From the NCBI GenBank assembly GCA_963776275.1, contig CAVZMI010000029.1, positions 1 to 64,000 on the forward strand: DNA of 64,000 bases, given 5' to 3'. The position numbers were made by a program, and so were the translations under genes. This DNA comes from Ignavibacteriota bacterium. Lineage in GTDB: Bacteria; Bacteroidota; Ignavibacteria; UBA10030; CAVZMI01. Shown in pieces: positions 29,446 to 38,963 of the stretch. The notes beneath the pieces are model-generated. The model made no database searches and was not told where the DNA came from. It saw only the letters and a program-made list of their open reading frames with translations. Numbering within the stretch: the first letter of the stretch is position 1; each line of letters begins with the position of its first letter.

Positions 29446-29447
29446 GA

Positions 29448-30281
29448 TCATAAATCGTTGTCCAAGAATCTGTCGTTCGTTTCAAATACATCTTGTTTGG
29501 TGTCTACTGTGTCGATCGGATTTGTCAACTTATTGAAAAATGCACGCTTCACCGTCATAACCATTTTCGGAAGATCATTTTCTTCCGTAGCCCGGGCTTT
29601 CGCCAGTTCTTCCCAAACGATGTAGTTTGGTGAGCACAAAAATTCGACGGCATAATCTGCACCCACGGCCGGCGCCTTACTGTCCTCTGTCTCTAACCAT
29701 TCGACTTCTATATCCGAGACCACAGGCATATCCGCCGACGCCGAAATCTGTACTGTCCCATCCGACAATATTACGGTAGTAGGTTCGGTTCCATTGACCT
29801 TAATTTTATAGTCAGTCCCATATATGTATCGGAGTTCGAATTTCTCGGCGTTCACACTCACGAGAGACAAAATGCTCTTTACGTCAAAGGCAAAGATCAC
29901 ATCTTTTTTCCCTCTGGTAAGAACATCGAAATCTCTGATGGGCTTGTTCTTGATAACAATAATATCGCCTTTGAATATGCGATCGTAAATTGTCAGCCGC
30001 TTAAATTCACCTTCGACCCATTCCACTGGAGGTATCGAGAACCGCGCACCACCCTCATAAATCTTCCCCGCTGGCCGCGTAATGATATGATAGCTTACAG
30101 AAGTTCGGATCAATCTTACCTGGACCGGGTCATCATATTTGTATCCATGAATTGCATCGGCATCCGCCATAGTTAATCCATGCCTGAGTTCAGGCGACAA
30201 TTTGGATTGATACCATAGGCATTCGACTCCGAATTGTCGGATCAATTTCTGTACTTTGCTATTCGATAATATTTTTCTCAT
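29448..30281 (-). CDS. Head-closure/neck protein
   Basis: LIRQFGVECLWYQS; C-terminal ENDLPKMV; position. Confidence 0.6.
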   Translation of the reverse strand: MRKILSNSKVQKLIRQFGVECLWYQSKLSPELRHGLTMADADAIHGYKYDDPVQVRLIRTSVSYHIITRPAGKIYEGGARFSIPPVEWVEGEFKRLTIYDRIFKGDIIVIKNKPIRDFDVLTRGKKDVIFAFDVKSILSLVSVNAEKFELRYIYGTDYKIKVNGTEPTTVILSDGTVQISASADMPVVSDIEVEWLETEDSKAPAVGADYAVEFLCSPNYIVWEELAKARATEENDLPKMVMTVKRAFFNKLTNPIDTVDTKQDVFETNDRFLDNDL

Positions 30282-30289
30282 CGCCGGTC

Positions 30290-31390
30290 CTATACTACAG
30301 TTATTTCGTAACCGATACCATATTCCCTCTTCATTTCCTCAGTCCACTTCGTTTCATCCTCGCGCAAATCTTTGAGCAGTCGATCAATACCCGATGACTC
30401 CGAACTGCTCACTCCATCCATCGACAAACTCTGAGAAATCAAGCGTACCTTCGCATCAATCTTAGGCAATATTTCAATAAGTGCGTTCCGGCCGATTGCT
30501 CTGCGAATTGCTTCTTTCTTTGCATCATCTAATGTCGGGAAATCCAGACCATGCGTATACTCGATCCGGAATAGTTGCGGGACACGACTGTATATCCCTC
30601 CCTGCATAATTGTTAGCCCGAGACCATTCATCGCACCAATCAGTATTGAATACAGGGAGCCGGACATGGCTGTCGGCAAGAATTCTATTATACCCATCTT
30701 CTTGTCTATTACCAGCTGGTCAGCAATATTCGGGATAAGCTCAGCTTGCTGACTGCCGTATACCAACTTGAAGGAATCAACACTAATGAGCGGCCGGCAA
30801 TCTACCTGCTGCAGCCAGAATTCTGTCTTGAAATCCTGCAAATAGTAATCGCGTTTTATTGAGTCTTTGGACTTAAAAAATTTCATCTTTATTCTATTTT
30901 CAAGCTCTCCCTGTGAAGCGAGAAGCGTATTTCTCATACTATCCCGATCTTCTTTTACATATGATTCGACGGCATCCTTATAATCGTCATCCAACTTCGC
31001 ATCTGCGGCTATGTATTGACTTAGGAATATCGATACCGGCATAATTTCTGCCCGAACGCCATTTGTATCTCCAACAGTAATTAATCTGATATCCTGAGGC
31101 ACATTCGATTGATCAATAAGAACGTTGATTTCTTCGTTTTGGACATTCCAGTAAATGCGATAATAACCAGGTCTCGTATTTTGAGAGAATATTACATCGA
31201 TGTAGTATTGATTTTTATCTTCTGCATCATCGAATGTAGCTTCCTTGTCTTTGATCTCTTCACTCTGATCATCGAGGGCCACGGCTCCATCCTCGCCGTA
31301 AATGCTTGCGGTGACAGTAAGGTCTGCCACCGCCGCATTCGCATCTTCGAGATAGAATCTATTCGTACCTTGAAGAGCCAATGTTTTCAT
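30290..31390 (-). CDS. Head-tail adaptor with N-terminal Ig-like extension
   Basis: PQLFRIEYTHG; SQSLSMDGVSSS motifs of SPO1-like adaptors. Confidence 0.65.
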   Translation of the reverse strand: MKTLALQGTNRFYLEDANAAVADLTVTASIYGEDGAVALDDQSEEIKDKEATFDDAEDKNQYYIDVIFSQNTRPGYYRIYWNVQNEEINVLIDQSNVPQDIRLITVGDTNGVRAEIMPVSIFLSQYIAADAKLDDDYKDAVESYVKEDRDSMRNTLLASQGELENRIKMKFFKSKDSIKRDYYLQDFKTEFWLQQVDCRPLISVDSFKLVYGSQQAELIPNIADQLVIDKKMGIIEFLPTAMSGSLYSILIGAMNGLGLTIMQGGIYSRVPQLFRIEYTHGLDFPTLDDAKKEAIRRAIGRNALIEILPKIDAKVRLISQSLSMDGVSSSESSGIDRLLKDLREDETKWTEEMKREYGIGYEITVV

Positions 31391-31393
31391 CTA

Positions 31394-31621
31394 TTATGAT
31401 CCTTTATTTTTCTCGTCAATATACCGATTTGCGATATCCATGGTATCTTGGTCTGTGCAGATAATCTGATGCTTTGACCAATCCAGCTTCGGGCCGGCAA
31501 AATATACTTCTTTCAATTTCAATTTTCTCAATTCGGCCAAATCGAACGAAGTGTATGGTGCATCATAGAAATACAAATTGAAAGATTGACCTTCGAATTT
31601 TATAGCTTCTTTGTTTTTCAT
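31394..31621 (-). CDS. Hypothetical protein
   Basis: ORF track; RBS aggatt. Confidence 0.4.
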   Translation of the reverse strand: MKNKEAIKFEGQSFNLYFYDAPYTSFDLAELRKLKLKEVYFAGPKLDWSKHQIICTDQDTMDIANRYIDEKNKGS

Positions 31622-31634
31622 ATCCTAATCCTTA

Positions 31635-33746
31635 TTATGATGTCGGAGCTTTTATCAATCCGTGGGCTCCACCTAATGCATGGAGATCGTTGATTAAGGC
31701 CATAAGCGCTTGATTGAATTCTGTCTGTGTAGATTCATCGGTCAATACGTCTCTATTGAGTGTCCCGGTCGGTAATCCCCAGCCAGCCTTTGATGCGCCA
31801 ATCAGTTTGTCCCAGTTTGCAGTAAATATACCTCCCGTATTGGCAAGCATTATATAGCTGGCATATATTTCTCCCCATGAAGCACCACTTCCAGCTACAC
31901 ACAATCCAGTACCACTCGCCTTTCCAATCCGAGGATATGAGCTCGAACGATCAAAAAACAATTGATCTGGTACAAACATTGAATTTCCATTATTAGTATC
32001 AATGCCAAAAATCTTGTTGCCGTCCATATCCGTCACATCAAACCATCTCTTAACCATTAAAGAAACCGCAGATCCGACAGCTTTCAAATATACTACTGGA
32101 TCCGCCATATCTGAACCCAAAAGAGCGATGAAATTCTTAAATATTGCTTGGTCGGACCTAATGTTTTTTGATAGAATCTCAAACACGTTATTCCATACTC
32201 CCATTTTTTGCATGAGAATTGAAGCTCTCCATGTATCTGCCGCTGCGGCAAGATGCGTCCCGTCTCCATTCCAGCCGAGTCGAACAAGTTCCTCATAACT
32301 CTTACATGAAGGGAAACTATCATGGTAAAACAAATCATGAGTATCCGCATGCGCTTTAAGAATAGCATTGGATTCTTTTGTCACGGCATTATTATCTTCT
32401 GACCAAACCGGAGAAGTACCTATCAAACACCAATCCATATTGGGACAGGCAGTCAAAAATTTCTGATAAGTACTTTCGAGGGCATCTGCCCATCCCTCGA
32501 TAGGATCCTTCCACTCCATATACATGAGATCAAAATTCATTTCAGAAAAATAAGTCTGGAAGAAATCAGGATCTATTGCGTCCCATTGAGTAAGATCAGC
32601 ACCCGAGCCAGCCGAAATGCTTAATTCTACTCCGGAATTTTTTGTAGATCTGATGTAACCACGTAACGATCTCACTATACCGGTGAGACCTACAATTCTT
32701 ACTTGATGCTGACCTGTCTCTTCGTATGGTATTGTAATAGTTTTGAGTTCTATGTCACCGTCTGCATCCACATTCGTGTAATCCTCGATATCTTCCCATG
32801 TTCCTTGACCTTGACCCGAAACAGTTTTGGTTTGCAGTTTAAACGTACCGGCATCGGGTTCTTGTATGTAAAATATTACAATTTCATCAGCATATTCCCC
32901 CCCACCATCGATGACAGTTCCTCCTTCGGGAATATAATAATATCCTCCAGACGAAGGATCGTCCGTCTTCCATTCAGCTCCATTTTCTGCACAATTTTGT
33001 GGAGTGGCTCCTTCCAACTTACCATAGGCCTTTTGAACTAAATTATTTATGTAATTCGGAAGACGATTTCCTATTGAATCTCCCCAGACTGCTACTCTCA
33101 GCTGAGATGGAACCGGCGGATCTTCCGGATCTCCTGCTGCTTCCTTTTCACGTGCTATTTCCATCGCATGCAATTTTTGCCAGACGTTTCTGAATTGCGG
33201 GATCGGTGGAGTAGATACATTGGCCACTTCATCTTCCAGTGTTCCTATGTCTGTAGTGTGCTCGCCGACTGTTGTCTGTAAGCTTCCTATATCTGTAGTA
33301 TGTCCACCGACTGTACTCTGCAAAGTTCCTATATCCTCACCCTGTGCGGCAACCGTCTCTTCTATGCCTTCTAACTCTACGCCTCCCAGATTTTCAATCT
33401 GGCTGGTATGTGTGTCGACTGTCTCCTGCAAAGTTTTAAGCGCTGCTATGGATGGCGATGAAATAAGTAAGTATCTTTTGCCCTTCGTGCGGTGTGGGCT
33501 GGCGGTTGTAATATCACTTCCTCGTTGCCCGAAAGTTAAAACTTTCCCGACTTTCACCGATATCACCCCATCCTCAATCTCAGGATCAAGAAAGGGAGAA
33601 TGGATATACTCTTCATTGATGATCCAGTACGGAAAAGGCGCCGCCGGCAGCCCTGATGCATCGAGCACCTCGCATATAGTAGCACTCTGAGTAATCCCGC
33701 TCTTCAAATATGCGGCCGCTAATTCCTTTTTATTTTTAAGTGCCAT
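31635..33746 (-). CDS. Fibre-like virion protein with coiled-coil repeats and SGNH hydrolase domain
   Basis: Start MALKNK at 33746 (RBS gaggtg); HTTDIG.LQTTVG repeats; WGDSIG and DGTHL; C-terminal ALINDL..HGLI. Confidence 0.7.
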   Translation of the reverse strand: MALKNKKELAAAYLKSGITQSATICEVLDASGLPAAPFPYWIINEEYIHSPFLDPEIEDGVISVKVGKVLTFGQRGSDITTASPHRTKGKRYLLISSPSIAALKTLQETVDTHTSQIENLGGVELEGIEETVAAQGEDIGTLQSTVGGHTTDIGSLQTTVGEHTTDIGTLEDEVANVSTPPIPQFRNVWQKLHAMEIAREKEAAGDPEDPPVPSQLRVAVWGDSIGNRLPNYINNLVQKAYGKLEGATPQNCAENGAEWKTDDPSSGGYYYIPEGGTVIDGGGEYADEIVIFYIQEPDAGTFKLQTKTVSGQGQGTWEDIEDYTNVDADGDIELKTITIPYEETGQHQVRIVGLTGIVRSLRGYIRSTKNSGVELSISAGSGADLTQWDAIDPDFFQTYFSEMNFDLMYMEWKDPIEGWADALESTYQKFLTACPNMDWCLIGTSPVWSEDNNAVTKESNAILKAHADTHDLFYHDSFPSCKSYEELVRLGWNGDGTHLAAAADTWRASILMQKMGVWNNVFEILSKNIRSDQAIFKNFIALLGSDMADPVVYLKAVGSAVSLMVKRWFDVTDMDGNKIFGIDTNNGNSMFVPDQLFFDRSSSYPRIGKASGTGLCVAGSGASWGEIYASYIMLANTGGIFTANWDKLIGASKAGWGLPTGTLNRDVLTDESTQTEFNQALMALINDLHALGGAHGLIKAPTS

Positions 33747-33862
33747 CTCACACCTCGTCTCAACAATAGTTAAAAAAATAAACTGAAAAATTAGAAACAG
33801 GCGACTTCTCCTCCCCCACAACCAACTCTCTAAAAGAAACCGCCTGTTCCAGCACTGATGAT

Positions 33863-34351
33863 TTATTTCCGGCTTCTTCGTGCCATTTTTCCGTGTTCCT
33901 TAAGCTCCGATTTTTTCACATAGTTTTCAGCAAGATTCAATTTTAACTCTCCGATTTCTTTCATAATCTCTTCCTTGCTATCGATCATCACCGTCTTCAC
34001 TTCGTCGAAGCGGTTCACATAATTTTTTTCTATATTGTCTACTATCCCCGAGACAATATTAACTCTATCAGTGAGTTCTTTAAATCTATCCCTCTCGAAT
34101 TGGCATCCTGCCGATATTGTTGCGACCAGTTTTTCACATTCCCTCATCCTATCCCAGAGTCCTTGAGCATCGCCCAAAGTCTTCTTTAAATTTTCCAATT
34201 CAGTATTGATTGAAGCAACTGAGGTTACCGCAGTTTCGAGATCGGAAATTTTCTTGAGTGTTATTTTCGCAGCAAGAACAAATACTGCCGACATTAGCAG
34301 CATAAATATTCCAAGAATGACACTAAATGCATTCATCTCCATCGGATCCAC
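33863..34351 (-). CDS. Membrane-anchored coiled-coil protein
   Basis: One N-terminal TM segment, helical remainder. Confidence 0.55.
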   Translation of the reverse strand: MDPMEMNAFSVILGIFMLLMSAVFVLAAKITLKKISDLETAVTSVASINTELENLKKTLGDAQGLWDRMRECEKLVATISAGCQFERDRFKELTDRVNIVSGIVDNIEKNYVNRFDEVKTVMIDSKEEIMKEIGELKLNLAENYVKKSELKEHGKMARRSRK

Positions 34352-34370
34352 CTTTCTCTACTTATTGGGT

Positions 34371-34802
34371 TTATGCTGATGGTTGAGGGAATTTTCCGCT
34401 GTCTACAATTATGCGGACAATATCTTCCTTCTTCTTAATCTTGGGTGGAAGTACGATATCGAGACTTGTCGCGAGCTGTTTGAGTTCATCGACTTCCTTG
34501 CTCCCCAATTCTGATATCTGCCGCTGTTTGATTTCTTCTGCGGTGATATCGGTCGTCTGTGGGATATCATCAGGTTCACCATGTTCCTGAGTTAAATTGG
34601 TGTCTATCGTACCACCTTCGATGCCCGTCGGCGCCACTATTTCACCCTTCGCCACGACTTCAGTATAACCTTTCACCCTGAGTAATTTCTCGGCCATTTT
34701 GTCGCTAACTTCGGCATTTCCCAGTGCATCGAACGTCACCGGTCCAAGCGATGTTCTGGTTGTCGATTTTTTCTGAAAACTGCAATGTATGATGCGTCCC
34801 AT
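34371..34802 (-). CDS. Small head-associated protein with C-terminal HeH/Rho-N-like motif
   Basis: VTFDALGNAEV; VDELKQLA..L.I..KKEDIVRII. Confidence 0.55.
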   Translation of the reverse strand: MGRIIHCSFQKKSTTRTSLGPVTFDALGNAEVSDKMAEKLLRVKGYTEVVAKGEIVAPTGIEGGTIDTNLTQEHGEPDDIPQTTDITAEEIKQRQISELGSKEVDELKQLATSLDIVLPPKIKKKEDIVRIIVDSGKFPQPSA

Positions 34803-34818
34803 GTTCTATCCTTTCATT

Positions 34819-34859
34819 AAAAAGGGGTGAATGGGATTCCTTATCACCCACTCACCCCT
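34819..34859 (-). terminator. Intrinsic terminator after major capsid gene
   Basis: aggggtgagtggg..cccattcacccct followed by TTTT on minus strand. Confidence 0.65.
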
Positions 34860-34890
34860 CTCCCAATTAAGAAAAGTTTATTTGTTATGG

Positions 34891-36405
34891 TTAGCTGCGG
34901 ACAATGCTTCCGACATTCCTTAATACAACAATCTTCTTCGGATTGTACACGAGCAGCGCACCATACACACGCTGAATCCATCGGATTGCATCAGCTGTCG
35001 GGCCGAGGGGGAATAATGCGGCATCGAGCAGCTGGTGATATGCCAGTACCTGATCCGTATCCCAATCGACCAGGAACATATAACCAGTATCCGGAATATA
35101 CGTTCCATCATCATAGAATGCGGAGCCTGCCGGCGCAGTGAATAGATAGCGATATGCTGTCGGACTGGAATCCGTATGCAACCGTCGATATACTTCGAAG
35201 GCCGTAGCCGTCAATCCCGATCCGGATCCGCCATCGACGACCGTGAACTTCATTTTTTCACCGTCTTCGACCGTGATGTTTTGAATATGAGCATCTTCCG
35301 ATGGCGTTGACTTATGGCCGAACCTGTTTACAGCCACAATGCACCAATCATAGACTCCACCATCCAACCGCGAAGATGCATCGGAAACGGGCTCCGTATT
35401 TATTACCGGTGTTTCACCTCCAACACTTGGCGTGATTGTCGGGACTGCGGGTGGTGTCGAACCCAGGGCCACAAAAGCATTATTATCACGATTCCGTCGC
35501 GGATATTTCCGTGGATTTAAGAAAATATCTTTACGAATTGGAGCTTCACCATCGTCATGAATAATGAGATTTGCTTTCAGTCCTTCGATCTCTGCATCGC
35601 GTTCACTTTTTATGCCGCCACCGACAACATAACGTTTGTCCTTCAGCAAAGTTGCTTTGTACTGATTCTTCGCAAACGGTGAAAGATAACAACGAACATT
35701 GCCCGTAAAACCTGTGATGTTTTCCAGGACCTGAATACCCTGGTTGAAATCTTCCAGCCGTGGCTGATAACCACGCAGATCTTGGATATGACCTGTCGAT
35801 TCACTCAATCCGGCCTGAATGACAGCTGACAGCAATCCATTGTATTCTGTGGAAACCAATGTCTTGTCCCCGAAATAAGAAAGGATATCGAGCTTTCGTT
35901 TGATGGCCAACATTTTTGATCTGATTTCACGTTCACGCGCCGGCGCCAGCGGTCGAACTGCGAGCATTGGATTCGAAACCTGACCTACAGAACCGACGTA
36001 CTTGATCAATTCATATCGCCGGCTGTAGTAATCGTCTTCCGACGCCGGAAGTCCACCTTCACCAAACGTAAATGCTTCCCCGATCCCATCGACCGTGGAA
36101 TACTCTTCGACCGTGGATTCGGCTTTCTTTTTGTCCTTCAGTAGATCATTGATTAGTGTGGTTGATTCCTCGGTGTACGTTAGATTCTTGAGGTTCGGCT
36201 CAAGACTCTCGATACGCAGCGCCCCACCACCCGTCTGCGTGTCGGGACCGGTACCATAACCGGCTTCTAACGCTTTACGAAGTTCGGCCAGTGGATTTTG
36301 AGCCTTAATGATGTCGGCAAAACCGACAACCTCGCCTAAACCCTCCGCGCCTCTCCCGGATCCTGCGACATCTTCAATATCACCAGGATAAAATAATTCG
36401 TCCAT
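34891..36405 (-). CDS. Major capsid protein (SPO1/Twort-like HK97 fold)
   Basis: KALEAGYGTGPDTQTGGGALRIESLE..L.Y; STVEEY; YGALLVYNPKK.VV..NV. Confidence 0.9.
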   Translation of the reverse strand: MDELFYPGDIEDVAGSGRGAEGLGEVVGFADIIKAQNPLAELRKALEAGYGTGPDTQTGGGALRIESLEPNLKNLTYTEESTTLINDLLKDKKKAESTVEEYSTVDGIGEAFTFGEGGLPASEDDYYSRRYELIKYVGSVGQVSNPMLAVRPLAPAREREIRSKMLAIKRKLDILSYFGDKTLVSTEYNGLLSAVIQAGLSESTGHIQDLRGYQPRLEDFNQGIQVLENITGFTGNVRCYLSPFAKNQYKATLLKDKRYVVGGGIKSERDAEIEGLKANLIIHDDGEAPIRKDIFLNPRKYPRRNRDNNAFVALGSTPPAVPTITPSVGGETPVINTEPVSDASSRLDGGVYDWCIVAVNRFGHKSTPSEDAHIQNITVEDGEKMKFTVVDGGSGSGLTATAFEVYRRLHTDSSPTAYRYLFTAPAGSAFYDDGTYIPDTGYMFLVDWDTDQVLAYHQLLDAALFPLGPTADAIRWIQRVYGALLVYNPKKIVVLRNVGSIVRS

Positions 36406-36477
36406 AACTACTCCCCTGACTTATGTGATAGAAAAAGTTAATTCGTCTCCACCCGCCCCTCGCGGGATATGAAATAC

Positions 36478-37974
36478 TTAGCTCGTTGTGAGGTGTGCTA
36501 CCAGCTCATCCTGAATCGATTTCGATAACGCAACGATCCCCCTCTCCCGCATCATTGTCTGTGCAGCGAAATATTCGCGGCTCTTTTGTATATCTTTCTC
36601 CGCAGCACCACGATCCACCAAATAATTCTCAACCCGGATCGATGACAATGATTTCAGAAGCGCAATACCTTTCGGTGCACCATCATCGGTGTCCGCGCCT
36701 TCTGTATTCACCGAGCCTTTGTCAATGAGGCTGATCCCAGCCTGGCTCTTTTTCAAGCCGACTTCAACCCGCGCTACCTGCTCATTGGTTGCATCAATCC
36801 CTTCTTCGAGCGTCGATACGCGGATATCTATACTCTTGAGAATATTCGTAATCTCCGAGAGCCCCACGGCAATCGAGCCGATTGATTTCGCAAGTTCCAT
36901 CTGTCCTTCCCGGACCATAGCTGCCACCGATGATGTGACCTTACCCACTATGCCGATGAACTTCGCGGCATCGATCTCTTTGCTCTCGTCCATTATCGCG
37001 ATCGATTTCTTGATCTCGGCATCGGCCGACGCCACTTCGACCGAACGTTGTTCCAGGTTCGTCACGAAAATCGTGAGACCATCAACCGATTTTTTAAAAT
37101 TCTCGATGGCCGCTCCCAGACTCTTCTCGACGGCCGTGTTGCAATCGGCACGTGCCTGGGACTTTTCTGCGAAATGCTCTTCCACTGCCTTCAGAGCATC
37201 GGCATGATTCTTCCCTTGCTTACGGAAGGCTTCATATGCTTCTTGGCGTGAACTAAATTTTCCCATTTTAGATTTCTCCCCTGACTTTGAATGTTTATTT
37301 GAATTTGCACCTTCTAAACTTTCTTTTCGAAGAGCCCCACCCCCTGTTTGTGAATCCGGATTAGTTCCGTACCCGGCTTCCATCGATTTCACGAGAGCCA
37401 AATTCGATTTTTGCGCTTGCTCCATATATGTGGTTACTTCCTGCGGATTCGGTGTTACGACAACATTGATGACCTTACCCGCATAATCCCCATTTTTTAA
37501 TCTCTTTGTATATTTTCCCTCAATGGAAAAACCAATGGTGCGTTGATTGTTTGGGAATTTTGTATTGTGCTCTCGGAGGGCTTTGATCAACTTGACAACT
37601 TTCTGGGCATTGTCCATCTGCGGGAAGAGAGCCCCAATAAGATGCTCTTCACTGTCATTGATGCGATAACGTTTTAAAGGAGCTCCGATGATATTGTCGG
37701 GATCCGGACGAACGACGGTCGTTACTGTTCCGGATTTTGTAATCGTAGTCTCGATCGGATCATGTTCATATTTCACAAAACCATTCTTGTCAAAATAGGA
37801 CCAGTCCATTTCTGGGATGATGGGTCTTTCACCCGATACATCTCTCACACGATTGAGCATCCGACCTTTGATGATATAATCATCATCCGGTACATGAATG
37901 CCCAGCTCTGACTTTTGCAGAGGCATATCGAAATCGAAAAATGCAGCTATTTTGAAGCTGTCACCTATTTTCAT
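36478..37974 (-). CDS. Prohead protease fused to scaffold-like helical C-terminus
   Basis: RD..GE..MDWSYF...G..KYEH; IGFSIEG; V.NVVVT.NP. Confidence 0.85.
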   Translation of the reverse strand: MKIGDSFKIAAFFDFDMPLQKSELGIHVPDDDYIIKGRMLNRVRDVSGERPIIPEMDWSYFDKNGFVKYEHDPIETTITKSGTVTTVVRPDPDNIIGAPLKRYRINDSEEHLIGALFPQMDNAQKVVKLIKALREHNTKFPNNQRTIGFSIEGKYTKRLKNGDYAGKVINVVVTPNPQEVTTYMEQAQKSNLALVKSMEAGYGTNPDSQTGGGALRKESLEGANSNKHSKSGEKSKMGKFSSRQEAYEAFRKQGKNHADALKAVEEHFAEKSQARADCNTAVEKSLGAAIENFKKSVDGLTIFVTNLEQRSVEVASADAEIKKSIAIMDESKEIDAAKFIGIVGKVTSSVAAMVREGQMELAKSIGSIAVGLSEITNILKSIDIRVSTLEEGIDATNEQVARVEVGLKKSQAGISLIDKGSVNTEGADTDDGAPKGIALLKSLSSIRVENYLVDRGAAEKDIQKSREYFAAQTMMRERGIVALSKSIQDELVAHLTTS

Positions 37975-38011
37975 CCGAAAATCTGCTCCATTTATGAAAT
38001 TGTGTAATCGA

Positions 38012-38051
38012 AATGTATTTATTTGTCCGGTAATTATTACCGCGATAATGG
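38012..38051 (-). promoter_or_regulatory. Putative activator-dependent late promoter (copy 2)
   Basis: CCATTATCGCGGTAATAATTACC-11 nt-TACATT. Confidence 0.65.
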
Positions 38052-38363
38052 CTTTTTTGAAGATATCACTCTTCGGGGATGATGATCGTAATAATGCTTG
38101 ATATCATTGGCGATGGTCTTCGTCGATACTCCCAGACGGTGTGCTATCTCATTCTGATTCTCACCGTTGAAGAGTTCTTGAACCACACGCCGGCGATGAT
38201 GGAGGATATATGGCCTGAAACAAACTACTCCTTTCCGAATGTTAAGAACCTTCGAGAGTCTTACTAAGAAATGGTATCTTTTCTCTGGATCGGTGATTAT
38301 TGTACTAATCACTTCTTCGACACTCTCGCACGATTCCAGCGTATCATCGGAGTACTTCGGCAT
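38037..38363 (-). CDS. Mor/C-like transcription activator (HTH)
   Basis: RRRVVQELFNGENQNEIAHRLGVSTKTI. Confidence 0.7.
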   Translation of the reverse strand: MPKYSDDTLESCESVEEVISTIITDPEKRYHFLVRLSKVLNIRKGVVCFRPYILHHRRRVVQELFNGENQNEIAHRLGVSTKTIANDIKHYYDHHPRRVISSKKPLSR

Positions 38364-38376
38364 ATCTTCCTTTCAA

Positions 38377-38428
38377 GAAATAAAAATACCTCGCCGCGAA
38401 TATCTGTTCTATTATTCGCAACGAGGTT
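38377..38428 (-). terminator. Long hairpin with U-tract upstream of Mor-like gene
   Basis: acctcgttgcgaata..tattcgcggcgaggt followed by atttttattt. Confidence 0.55.
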
Positions 38429-38518
38429 CACTCGTTGACTCCGTTGAAGCTGTTCAGTATTTGATTACTATTGGATCAATCCATTCTTATCCATTCTGTT
38501 GATTGCTGTTGACTTTTT

Positions 38519-38944
38519 TCAATCGAGATATCCGATACCTGGGATATATAATCGATCTTCTCCCTTTTCATCCTGTATCTGGTGCGGATTATCGGCACCA
38601 AGCCCATATTCATTTGATCGTATATCTAAATACATTTGTGCCGCTGCCCAATTCAAAAGATCTGTCCCATAATCATAACGCTTCTTTATTTCTTCATCAG
38701 CTCCGAACACATCTTCCCCACCGCACATATCGACATATTCACGATATGGACGTGGTGCGTGTACTTTAAGTACTGATGCCAAATTCCACCAATAAGGACC
38801 GTAATTTTTCCAGAAATCGGGTAACTGTTTTTTAAGAGTCTCGATCAGTTTCGGTGTAACACGCTGTAAAAATCCTGATTCCGTATCATTCTTCAATACT
38901 TCCAGGGCCTCTTCCTCTACAACTTGTTTTTCGAACATGCTCAC
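38519..38944 (-). CDS. Hypothetical protein
   Basis: ORF track; RBS gaggtg. Confidence 0.55.
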   Translation of the reverse strand: MSMFEKQVVEEEALEVLKNDTESGFLQRVTPKLIETLKKQLPDFWKNYGPYWWNLASVLKVHAPRPYREYVDMCGGEDVFGADEEIKKRYDYGTDLLNWAAAQMYLDIRSNEYGLGADNPHQIQDEKGEDRLYIPGIGYLD

Positions 38945-38963
38945 CTCAATGTTATTTCAATTG

